From Escherichia phage PhiKM, in the sequence record PQ738613: a stretch of DNA of 34,674 bases; one strand, given 5' to 3'. The notes below the pieces were generated by a model. That model saw only the letters and a list, made by a program, of their open reading frames with translations, had not been told where the DNA came from and ran no database searches. Each line of letters opens with the position of its first letter. Position 1 is the stretch's first letter. Shown here piece after piece: positions 27,862-34,674 of this stretch. The position numbers and the translations under genes are program-made.

Positions 27862-28781
27862 TACTGCATATCCTCCGGTCGGTTGATTTCAGGTTCCGGT
27901 TCGGTCAGCCAGGCGGGGGCATCGTTACCCGATGGAGCGGCCTCAAGGTCAAACGTCTCACGTAATGCATGAACACTGCGTTCAATCTGGCAGACCAGAC
28001 CGGCCATGAAATCTCTGGGGGTATCGATCATGTTTTTGGTGCAGTATTCACACAGGGTCTCAAAAACACTGGACAGCCGGACGGCGATAGCCGATTCGGC
28101 CTCAACCGCTAATGCCGTCACTTCCGCCCGCAATTTTTTCAGTTCTTCGTCTGGCGGCGGAGGTTGCAGGCGCGATTTCTTCTCCAGTTTTGTGGCCAGT
28201 TCGTTGATTTTTTCGTCCTTTCCGGCAAGCACCTGTTGCTGAGCTGCGTTGGTTTCGCGCGCTTCACGCAGGGCGGCCTTCAGTTCGCGGCTGGTCATGC
28301 GATCAATATCATCAAGCGTTGCACCGGCGACGGTTCCACCATCAGCTAATGCGTCGAGTTCTTCGTCATCCAGAACCATCAGTTCATATAACTTGGTTTT
28401 TCCCAAAACGCTCAGCGCTGAGCGTTTTGGCTGTTCATCTCCATTGCCGAGAAATTTCACGCTGGCCTGCATCATGCGACGAGCTACCTGTGGTGCTAAT
28501 CCGAGGTCGTTTTCCAGAATATTTGTGAAATCACCATGCGGTTCATTTTCTTTTAAGATGATCAGCCGCTTACCCGCTTCCAACATAGATTCAGCACTCT
28601 GCGCCATATAAAAACGTGCTTCGTGAACGATGCGTTCACGTTCATAAGGCAGTCCATCACCAAACTGCTGCATGATCTCCATGCGATGCTGTGTCATGGC
28701 ATTCAGGCTGACGTTGAGATCATCCGACAGCGGTACATCGGCGTTCAGTTCAGTGTTAATCGGTGATTTGGTACGTCCCAT
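27861..28781 (-). CDS. hypothetical protein (coiled-coil, acidic; DUF3102-like?)
   Basis: 306-aa ORF with strong SD AAGGAG 6 nt upstream of ATG 28781. Confidence 0.5.
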   Translation of the reverse strand: MGRTKSPINTELNADVPLSDDLNVSLNAMTQHRMEIMQQFGDGLPYERERIVHEARFYMAQSAESMLEAGKRLIILKENEPHGDFTNILENDLGLAPQVARRMMQASVKFLGNGDEQPKRSALSVLGKTKLYELMVLDDEELDALADGGTVAGATLDDIDRMTSRELKAALREARETNAAQQQVLAGKDEKINELATKLEKKSRLQPPPPDEELKKLRAEVTALAVEAESAIAVRLSSVFETLCEYCTKNMIDTPRDFMAGLVCQIERSVHALRETFDLEAAPSGNDAPAWLTEPEPEINRPEDMQ

Positions 28782-28791
28782 TGATTACTCC

Positions 28792-29100
28792 TTACAAACG
28801 ACTACCTGAAATGACACGTTGGTTAATTTCGTTAATACGATCCTGTGCACGTGCCATCTCGTTACTGTGGGCCATGGCGATCTGCAGTAACTGGATGCCC
28901 GGTGCAAAACGTCCGTTCTCCAGTTTCAGAGCCAGCCCTTCTTCAATGAGGGTGTTGAGTGCCCGGTTGATGTTTGCCGGTGACTCGTGCAGTGCTGTCG
29001 CCAGTTCACCGTTAGAAATACCGTTCAGGGCATGACCGCGCAGCGCTTTGAGTACCCGGAGGATGCGACTGCCGGAGCTTGAAACATTCGTCTTACTCAT
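28792..29100 (-). CDS. small winged-helix/HTH protein (IclR-like N-terminal domain only)
   Basis: Pattern ILRVLKAL...GISNGELATALHESPANINRALNTLIEEGL resembles IclR-type HTH; start at 29100 (SD AGAGG) preferred over 29106. Confidence 0.45.
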   Translation of the reverse strand: MSKTNVSSSGSRILRVLKALRGHALNGISNGELATALHESPANINRALNTLIEEGLALKLENGRFAPGIQLLQIAMAHSNEMARAQDRINEINQRVISGSRL

Positions 29101-29152
29101 CTGCATACCTCTTTTGCGATATGTGATAACCTTTTACAAAGACTCAAAATAT

Positions 29153-29341
29153 TTAGGCCGCCTGAGCTGTTGATTTCAGTCCCAACTTCACGGCGATTTC
29201 ATGGGATTTACCGTAACGGGCTTTGGTCTGCCCGTTGAGAACGCGGTATACCTCATTGCGGTTGTAGCCGTTTTCTTCTGCCCAGCGGGTGAAAGTGATC
29301 CCGCGCTGGCGGAAGAGAGCTTTGACTTGTTCTGCAGTCAT
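29153..29341 (-). CDS. Ner/Cro-like small DNA-binding protein (first gene of early operon)
   Basis: 62-aa ORF with SD AAGGAG 6 nt upstream; divergent from repressor across a 93-bp palindrome-containing region. Confidence 0.6.
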   Translation of the reverse strand: MTAEQVKALFRQRGITFTRWAEENGYNRNEVYRVLNGQTKARYGKSHEIAVKLGLKSTAQAA

Positions 29342-29393
29342 CGTTGTCTCCTTTGTTGATGCAATGATGTTTGCCTTATATGTGTTAGATTAT

Positions 29394-29411
29394 TGCTCAT
29401 AATTATGAGCA
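29394..29411. promoter_or_regulatory. 18-bp perfect palindrome TGCTCATAATTATGAGCA, candidate operator
   Basis: Directly read; half-site TTATGAGCA recurs at 29433-29441 overlapping the repressor start codon (29435). Confidence 0.5.
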
Positions 29412-29434
29412 TATCAAGATAGAGATTCACTTTT

Positions 29435-29791
29435 ATGAGCAAAGATATAGGAGAGCGCGTTATTTCTGTGAGGAAGAAAGCAGGGTTGAACCAGAGAGAA
29501 TTTGCAGCTCGTTTAGGTATTTCTAATGGTGGTATCAGTCAGATTGAAAATGGAAAGGCGATGCCTGGAGGGGAGTTTCTGTTAAAGATGCATCAAGAGT
29601 TTAATGTTGATGTAAATTGGTTGCTCACTGGAATGAGCACAGATGGTATGACTAGAAACCAGAATCAAATTTCCCCAGAAAAACAAAAACTAATAGATAC
29701 TTTTGACGACATGACACCAGACCAACAACGCTCATTTCTTGAGATTGGGCGATTCTATACTCAGCCAAAACCAGGAAAAATCGCAGGCTGA
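29435..29791 (+). CDS. XRE-family HTH repressor (Mu c functional analogue)
   Basis: 118-aa ORF; N-terminal Cro/C1-type HTH (LNQREFAARLGISNGGISQIENGK); divergent from early operon. Confidence 0.7.
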   Translation: MSKDIGERVISVRKKAGLNQREFAARLGISNGGISQIENGKAMPGGEFLLKMHQEFNVDVNWLLTGMSTDGMTRNQNQISPEKQKLIDTFDDMTPDQQRSFLEIGRFYTQPKPGKIAG

Positions 29792-29877
29792 TACTGACCC
29801 GGACACAAAGGACAGGTGGTTGATCTGGATGCTTTCAGAAAACATCGCCAGTGACATAGTGGAAGTTGTTTGGTTTA

Positions 29878-29908
29878 CCGGAAAGCATTGTGCTTTCCGG
29901 TTTTGTTT
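29878..29908 (+). terminator. rho-independent terminator between convergent repressor and methyltransferase genes
   Basis: CCGGAAAGCA (29878-29887) ttg TGCTTTCCGG (29891-29900) followed by TTTTGTTT. Confidence 0.55.
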
Positions 29909-30672
29909 CAGAAGTTGCAGATTAGCAGTTCACGGCGCGGCGTGGGTTTACCCGCCAGACTGTAGTTGATATTCACTGTCTGTATGTTCAGTCCAGTGAA
30001 CACCTCGCGCATCTGCGGGATGTCGTTCACCGAAATTATCATTTTTCCTCTGATGCACCGGGCCAGCTCTGCCAGCCGCGAGTAGTTCCCTTCAGGAAAA
30101 TCCACACCATAGCCTTCCGTACCCAGGTACGGTGGGTCGCAGTAGAACAGCGTGTGCGGACGATCATAACGCTCAATGCACTGTTGCCAGTCCATGTGTT
30201 CTATGACTGTTCTGGAAAGCCGCAGGTGTGCCGCTGACAGTTCTTCTTCAATACGTAGCAGGTTGAAGCGTGGCGGGGATGTGGTGGAGGTACCGAAGCT
30301 GTGCTCTGCCACCTTGCCGCCAAACGCCTGCTTCTGAAGGTAGTAGAACCGTGCCGCACGCTGGATATCCGTCAGTGTTTCTTCCGGGGTGATCTGCAGC
30401 CATTTGTAGATCTGACGGCTGACCAGCGCCCATTTGAACTGGCGGACAAATTCTTCCAGGTGATGCTTTACCACCCGGTACAGATTCACCAGTTCACCGT
30501 TGATATCATTGATGACTTCGATCTTGCCGGGTGTCTTAAGAAAATAGAGCGCTGCTGCCCCACAAAACGGCTCCACATAACATTCATGCGCCGGAAACAG
30601 CGGCAGAATGTGTTTTGCAAGGCGGCGTTTGCCACCAATCCACGGCACGATGGGTAATGTCTGCATTTTCAT
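29908..30672 (-). CDS. DNA adenine methyltransferase (Dam / D12-class N6-adenine MTase family)
   Basis: DPPY motif (FYCDPPYLGTEGYG), N-terminal PIVPWIGGKRRL and EPFCGAAALYF motifs; start at 30672 (MKMQTLP) preferred; track ORF extends to 30762 through palindromic non-coding-looking DNA. Confidence 0.85.
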   Translation of the reverse strand: MKMQTLPIVPWIGGKRRLAKHILPLFPAHECYVEPFCGAAALYFLKTPGKIEVINDINGELVNLYRVVKHHLEEFVRQFKWALVSRQIYKWLQITPEETLTDIQRAARFYYLQKQAFGGKVAEHSFGTSTTSPPRFNLLRIEEELSAAHLRLSRTVIEHMDWQQCIERYDRPHTLFYCDPPYLGTEGYGVDFPEGNYSRLAELARCIRGKMIISVNDIPQMREVFTGLNIQTVNINYSLAGKPTPRRELLICNF

Positions 30673-30720
30673 AATCTGCAAGCCTTTTACAATTATTAAA
30701 AAATATGGCAGTCTGGTCAG

Positions 30721-30732
30721 GTCTCGCGAGAC
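30721..30732. promoter_or_regulatory. 12-bp perfect palindrome GTCTCGCGAGAC about 50 bp upstream of methyltransferase start
   Basis: Directly read. Confidence 0.35.
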
Positions 30733-30776
30733 TGACTGAACCTTGGTCGGCTCACAGCGCATTCCTGTGGGGCGAT

Positions 30777-30815
30777 GACCAGCCCGGCTTTCGGGTGCCG
30801 GGCTGGTCGTTCTTT
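30777..30815. terminator. GC-rich hairpin, 11-bp stem
   Basis: GACCAGCCCGG (30777-30787) ctttcgggtg CCGGGCTGGTC (30798-30808) followed on + strand by GTTCTTTC. Confidence 0.4.
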
Positions 30816-30862
30816 CATGATGCGGCAGGGATGGCGGGATTTCTGTTAATGTGGTTTAGGGA

Positions 30863-31078
30863 TTATCCGGGGCGATTTTCTGACCTTATCCGGTCCAGGG
30901 CATAAGTAATACCTTCTGCAAAAACAGAAGTATCAAACTGCTTTTGTATTCCCTGAAAATGAAAAGCGGCACGACAGACACTCAGTTCTCCGCGGTATAA
31001 CCGGATAATATCTTCCAGAACATTGTTCACTGCTTCAGCACGGCGCTGATGTTCTGTTAACGTTAATCGGGGATTCAT
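30863..31078 (-). CDS. hypothetical 71-aa protein
   Basis: Strong SD AAGGAG 6 nt upstream of ATG 31078; alpha-helical-looking product; no recognisable family. Confidence 0.5.
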   Translation of the reverse strand: MNPRLTLTEHQRRAEAVNNVLEDIIRLYRGELSVCRAAFHFQGIQKQFDTSVFAEGITYALDRIRSENRPG

Positions 31079-31079
31079 G

Positions 31080-31481
31080 ATGCACTCCTTAAATGATGAT
31101 TTTTATGTACTCACCGGCAAAATATTCTGCCGATTACTGAACACGCATCCGGCACCTCAGGTTTTGATTTATTCTGGTTTTTTCGATATCCCGGACCAGG
31201 TTGATCACGACCAGAAAAAGTGCCGGTGTTTTATTGATACGCTGATATGGCTTCGGGATAACAGCTATATTCGTTACTCTCAGTTGCTGGCTGTGGGAGC
31301 GGCTGATGTCGTCCTCACGGAAAAAACGCTCTGTCTGCTCAATGCCATGCCGACCTTTCTGCAGCCCCGGCCCGTACCATTTAAAGAGTCACTTCTGGAT
31401 GCAGTAAAAACCGGTGAAAATGCAGTCATCGCTGAATGCGTATCCCGGATTATGCGTTACGTGTTTAATGAACGTAAGTGA
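31080..31481 (+). CDS. hypothetical 133-aa protein (uncertain; fills gap between two minus-strand genes)
   Basis: ORF 31077..31481 with ATG 31080 preceded by GGGGA (6-nt spacer); overlaps the divergent start of the 71-aa gene and the 3-prime end of the NTPase gene. Confidence 0.3.
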   Translation: MHSLNDDFYVLTGKIFCRLLNTHPAPQVLIYSGFFDIPDQVDHDQKKCRCFIDTLIWLRDNSYIRYSQLLAVGAADVVLTEKTLCLLNAMPTFLQPRPVPFKESLLDAVKTGENAVIAECVSRIMRYVFNERK

Positions 31482-32185
31482 GGTTTATCCGCTGTCTGCA
31501 TAATCCCGATAGCCAGTGCGAGGGGAAGTAATTCCGGGGAAACTCTTTCAAACAGCGATGCCCATTCTCCTCTCGCCATCACTCTGTCCAGCCCGCCCTC
31601 CAGTTGCATTTCAGCAATCTTCCTGATTTCCCGGAACAACGCCGCTTTGATCTCTTCATGCTCAGCTTTATTTTCCGGTGTCAGAAGGTATTCGTCGAAG
31701 AACCGGGGAGGCTGGTTAATCGGGATGTGTTCCTGTTTGCCGTACTTCGGGGACGAACAACATTCTGTTGACTGACCAGTGAGTTTACGTAACTCCTTCA
31801 TGAGCAGCTCCTGATCGTAAACTGTCATCAGTGCCGCAATGGTGGCATGCAGTGCATCGGGCAGTATCCAGGGTTGCCGGCCCGTGGGGCATATAACATC
31901 CAGCAGCTCATTCGTCCGACAGATACGCTCCTCGCCGTATGACAACAGGCCCTGTCCCGTGTATTCCTCCAGCCTGATCACTGTGCCAGCCCGTGGTTTC
32001 TGCCATGTGCTCAGATCATCCCCACTCATACGGCGCTCACCGTCCACGTCTGCGGCGTCGACAATGACGCTGTTTCCGAATTCCTGTTTCACCACTTCCT
32101 CTATTCGCGCCAGTACGTAACTTTTACCGCTGCCCACAGGACCGGACACGGTGACAGTGATGACCGGATTCAGTGTCTGCGTCAT
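31457..32185 (-). CDS. P-loop NTPase-domain protein of unknown function
   Basis: 242-aa ORF with SD GAGGAG 8 nt upstream; Walker A GPVGSGKS near N-terminus; C-terminal 140 aa without recognisable family. Confidence 0.6.
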   Translation of the reverse strand: MTQTLNPVITVTVSGPVGSGKSYVLARIEEVVKQEFGNSVIVDAADVDGERRMSGDDLSTWQKPRAGTVIRLEEYTGQGLLSYGEERICRTNELLDVICPTGRQPWILPDALHATIAALMTVYDQELLMKELRKLTGQSTECCSSPKYGKQEHIPINQPPRFFDEYLLTPENKAEHEEIKAALFREIRKIAEMQLEGGLDRVMARGEWASLFERVSPELLPLALAIGIMQTADKPHLRSLNT

Positions 32186-32315
32186 ATCGTATTCTCCTCT
32201 GTGAATAATTCATCGTTTATCCTGCACATCCCGTATCCCCGGCTCTCTTAACGCGCTTTAAAATCCTTCGCGCCCTGTATTTGTGATGCTGTCTCCACCA
32301 GATAAGGAGACACAC

Positions 32316-32666
32316 ATGAAAAACCTGAAAAAATTCATTCCCCCTGTTAAAAAACCTCGCCTCAGCGGCTGGCTGCTGACCTCAGTGCTGTTGCTGGGCA
32401 CCATCGCTCTGGTCTCACCACAGCAGCTGCCTGTTGTGATCTACAAGCTGGCACTCATCACGCTGGCAGCAGTGCTGGGTTACTGGCTTGACCGTTCGCT
32501 CTTCCCCAAAGCCCGTCCCGGTCAGTACCTGAAACATGACGACAGGCTGATGGCTGAAGGGCGTTTCCCGGTACAGACCGGCCTTCACCTGGTGTTTTCT
32601 GCTGCGTTAATCCGCCGTGCACTGATTGTTGCAGCGGTCTGCCTGGCTGTTGCGATGGGGCTTTAA
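32316..32666 (+). CDS. holin-like membrane protein (three predicted TM helices)
   Basis: ATG 32316 with strong SD AAGGAG (6-nt spacer); three hydrophobic segments; immediately upstream of endolysin gene. Confidence 0.45.
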   Translation: MKNLKKFIPPVKKPRLSGWLLTSVLLLGTIALVSPQQLPVVIYKLALITLAAVLGYWLDRSLFPKARPGQYLKHDDRLMAEGRFPVQTGLHLVFSAALIRRALIVAAVCLAVAMGL

Positions 32667-32668
32667 TC

Positions 32669-33409
32669 ATGAACTGGCCGCAGATCACCTGGATTGTATG
32701 CATGTCCCTGAAACTGGCTTTCGAAGCCTTTCGGGTCTTCATCAGAACCGAACGCCTGTCAGTCCGCGCCGGGACCTTTCTGGTTCATATGGCATGGGTA
32801 TTCTTTGTCGCAATGTTGCTCTGGTGTGGCGGCTTTTTCAGCCAGGCATGCGCAGCACAACCTCCGCAGGCTGCGCTGCAGTATCGCGATGATGTGATCC
32901 GTAATGCCCGGCTTGAATGGGGACTGTCTGCGCCGGTGGCCGATTTCGCCGCGCAACTGCATCAGGAAAGCGGCTGGCGACCTGATGCGATCTCGCCGGC
33001 TGGCGCTCAGGGACTGGCGCAGTTCATGCCTGCCACTGCCGACTGGATAAGCCAGTTGATACCGATGCTGAGCAGTCGTGAGCCGTTTAATCCGGCATGG
33101 GCTATCCGGGCGCTGGTCAGCTATGACCGCTGGCTGTGGCAGCGTGTCAGCGCCGCCAGTGACTGCGAGCGTATGGCCATGACACTGTCGGGCTATAACG
33201 GTGGTCTGGGCTGGGTACAACGGGACAGGCGGCTTGCATCACAGAAAGGTCTGGACAGCACCCGCTGGTTCGGACATGTCGCCACGGTGAATGCCGGACG
33301 CAATGCGGCCAGCTGGCGGGAGAACCGCCATTATCCGCAGCGCATCCTGCGCGAACTGGCACCGCGATATCTCACATGGGGAGGCAGCAGTTGTGTGGCA
33401 TCTGGTTAA
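32669..33409 (+). CDS. endolysin, soluble lytic transglycosylase (SLT) domain with N-terminal hydrophobic segment
   Basis: SLT catalytic motif region HQESGW...AGAQGLAQFMPAT; N-terminal stretch MAWVFFVAMLLWCGGFFSQACAAQ is hydrophobic (signal peptide or signal-anchor-release type). Confidence 0.8.
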   Translation: MNWPQITWIVCMSLKLAFEAFRVFIRTERLSVRAGTFLVHMAWVFFVAMLLWCGGFFSQACAAQPPQAALQYRDDVIRNARLEWGLSAPVADFAAQLHQESGWRPDAISPAGAQGLAQFMPATADWISQLIPMLSSREPFNPAWAIRALVSYDRWLWQRVSAASDCERMAMTLSGYNGGLGWVQRDRRLASQKGLDSTRWFGHVATVNAGRNAASWRENRHYPQRILRELAPRYLTWGGSSCVASG

Positions 33410-34043
33410 AAAGCTGCCGTGGCGCGGCATTCTGCTGGCCATTCTTATCAATGCCTTTCTGGTCGGCCTGTATGCCATGGGATACAGAAGTGGTCATGAC
33501 TCTGCAAAGCGTGACGGTGATACCGCGCTAAGTCAGTTGCAGTCAGCATTTGACGCGTACAAAACGGAGCAGGCAACGCTTGAGAATGCTGCGCTGCGGG
33601 CCTGGGCCAGACGGTATCAGGAGCAGGTGGCCGCCGGGCAGCGGGCTGAAGCCGGTTATCTTGAGCAGATTGCTCAACTGGAGAGCCGGAACAAACAACT
33701 ACAGGGGCAAATTAACGATGTCACACAGCGCTGGATTGATGAAAAAGGTAAGAGTCATCCCATTGAGTGCGTGTTTACTCGCGGTTTCGTGCGCCAGTAC
33801 AACGCCGCACTCGGATATGACAACGCATCCGTCGACACCGGTCATTCAGACTCAGTTGCCGCCACTGGCACCCGCTCTGGCACAGCGACCGGGCAACCTG
33901 AAACCACTGACACCCGGTTACGCGATTCGGGTGTCTCCCAGCGTGACGTTCTCGCCAACATCATCGACAACGCATGGCAATGTCGTCGCTGGCGGAACCA
34001 GATAAACGCGCTGCTGGATGAACGGGAAGGATTACAGAAATGA
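33393..34043 (+). CDS. i-spanin (Rz-like)
   Basis: GTG 33393 with SD GGGGAGG 8 nt upstream, overlapping endolysin 3-prime end; N-terminal TM helix then coiled-coil periplasmic domain. Confidence 0.6.
   Translation: MWHLVKKLPWRGILLAILINAFLVGLYAMGYRSGHDSAKRDGDTALSQLQSAFDAYKTEQATLENAALRAWARRYQEQVAAGQRAEAGYLEQIAQLESRNKQLQGQINDVTQRWIDEKGKSHPIECVFTRGFVRQYNAALGYDNASVDTGHSDSVAATGTRSGTATGQPETTDTRLRDSGVSQRDVLANIIDNAWQCRRWRNQINALLDEREGLQK
33739..34005 (+). CDS. o-spanin (Rz1-like lipoprotein) embedded in +1 frame within Rz
   Basis: ATG 33739; product MKKVRVIPLSACLLAVSC... has a signal peptide with a Cys at a lipobox-like position and a Pro-rich mature region (LPPLAPALAQRPGNLKPLTPGY). Confidence 0.5.
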   Translation: MKKVRVIPLSACLLAVSCASTTPHSDMTTHPSTPVIQTQLPPLAPALAQRPGNLKPLTPGYAIRVSPSVTFSPTSSTTHGNVVAGGTR

Positions 34044-34366
34044 CACTGCAGGTTGAATTCTGGACGGTGGTGAGTTTTCTGCTCACCTTCATGAGGTTTG
34101 TGGGAGGGCTCGCCAAATGGTTGTTCAGTAAAACAGAAGAACGCCAGGCGGCACGATTCGCCTCCCTTGAACAGGCCCTGCAACAATCCGCCTCCAACTG
34201 GGGCGAGCTGGAAAAAGAATTTATGCGATTTAAAGCGGATTTACCGCTGAATTATGTCCGTCGAGAGGATTATATCCGTGGCCAGACAGTCATTGAGGCC
34301 AAACTGGACGCGCTTTATAACAAACTGGAAGTGGTACAGCAGTACCGCAATACCGGAGGTCAATAA
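34040..34366 (+). CDS. small membrane protein (Mu gp25-position; candidate releasin/lysis accessory)
   Basis: 108-aa ORF, SD GGAAGGA, ATGA overlap with Rz stop; N-terminal TM helix followed by helical domain. Confidence 0.45.
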   Translation: MTLQVEFWTVVSFLLTFMRFVGGLAKWLFSKTEERQAARFASLEQALQQSASNWGELEKEFMRFKADLPLNYVRREDYIRGQTVIEAKLDALYNKLEVVQQYRNTGGQ

Positions 34367-34674
34367 TGGTCGATATTACCCGGGTACGCCGCGAATCCCT
34401 GCGCTGGAGTCTGCTGGTTGCCCTGAACAAGACCCGCCCTTACACCGCCAGCGAGACGCTGCTGCTGGATGTGTCCCGTGCCATCTACCCGGACACCACA
34501 CCGCTGGAACTGCGCCGCGAACTGGATTATCTGGCTGACCGTAAAATGGTTGAGCTGGAGAAAAAACCTTCTGGCGACTGGTTTGCTGACCTGACCCGCC
34601 TCGGCGTAGACCTGGTGGAATACACCGTGGAATGTGGTCCGGGTATTGCCCGCCCGGAAAAGTACTGGAGTGAA
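34367..34674 (+). CDS. hypothetical phage protein (Mu gp26 position), 3-prime partial at window end
   Basis: ATG 34367 with SD GGAGG, TAATG overlap; ORF runs off the window; would naturally precede the gp27-like gene at window start. Confidence 0.5.

Noticed and set aside
30673-30762. N-terminal extension of the methyltransferase ORF (track start 30762)
   Set aside because: Conserved Dam-like N-terminal motif begins right after the internal Met at 30672; the extension runs through palindromic sequence.
30705-30905. 66-aa + strand ORF
   Set aside because: Covers the palindrome and GC hairpin upstream of the methyltransferase; no SD; more likely structured non-coding DNA.

Overview
The window is almost entirely Mu-like transposable-phage DNA (Mu/B3/BcepMu type), with the composition of an enterobacterial host. 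Calls rest on reading the six-frame translations against remembered family features; no searches were run.

Layout:
- 1-20246 (+): late morphogenesis module in Mu order: gp27-like, large terminase, portal, F, G, protease/scaffold I, major capsid T, connector proteins, sheath, tube, frameshifted tail chaperone, tape measure, P2 U/X/D-like tail proteins, baseplate V/W/J/I, tail fiber.
- 20740-29341 (-): early operon with Ner-like protein, three extra genes, DDE transposase, AAA+ transposition ATPase, Gam, small genes, GemA and Mor, divergent from an XRE repressor at 29435-29791 (+).
- 29908-32185: accessory cargo comprising a Dam-family methyltransferase, two small ORFs and a P-loop NTPase of unknown function. 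This is the best candidate for an undescribed system, but its function is not established.
- 32316-34674 (+): lysis cassette (holin-like protein, SLT endolysin with N-terminal hydrophobic segment, Rz with embedded Rz1, gp25-like protein) and a partial gp26-like ORF.

Anomalies:
- The gene order at the window end continues naturally into the window start, so the window is a permuted view of a roughly 35 kb genome or spans two tandem copies.
- A 100-N scaffold gap with identical 75-bp flanks sits inside the tape measure gene.
- The tail fiber gene is 3-prime truncated and abuts a non-phage-looking gene fragment at 20.2-20.6 kb, convergent with the end of the early operon.

No rRNA, tRNA, CRISPR array or tyrosine/serine integrase was recognised.
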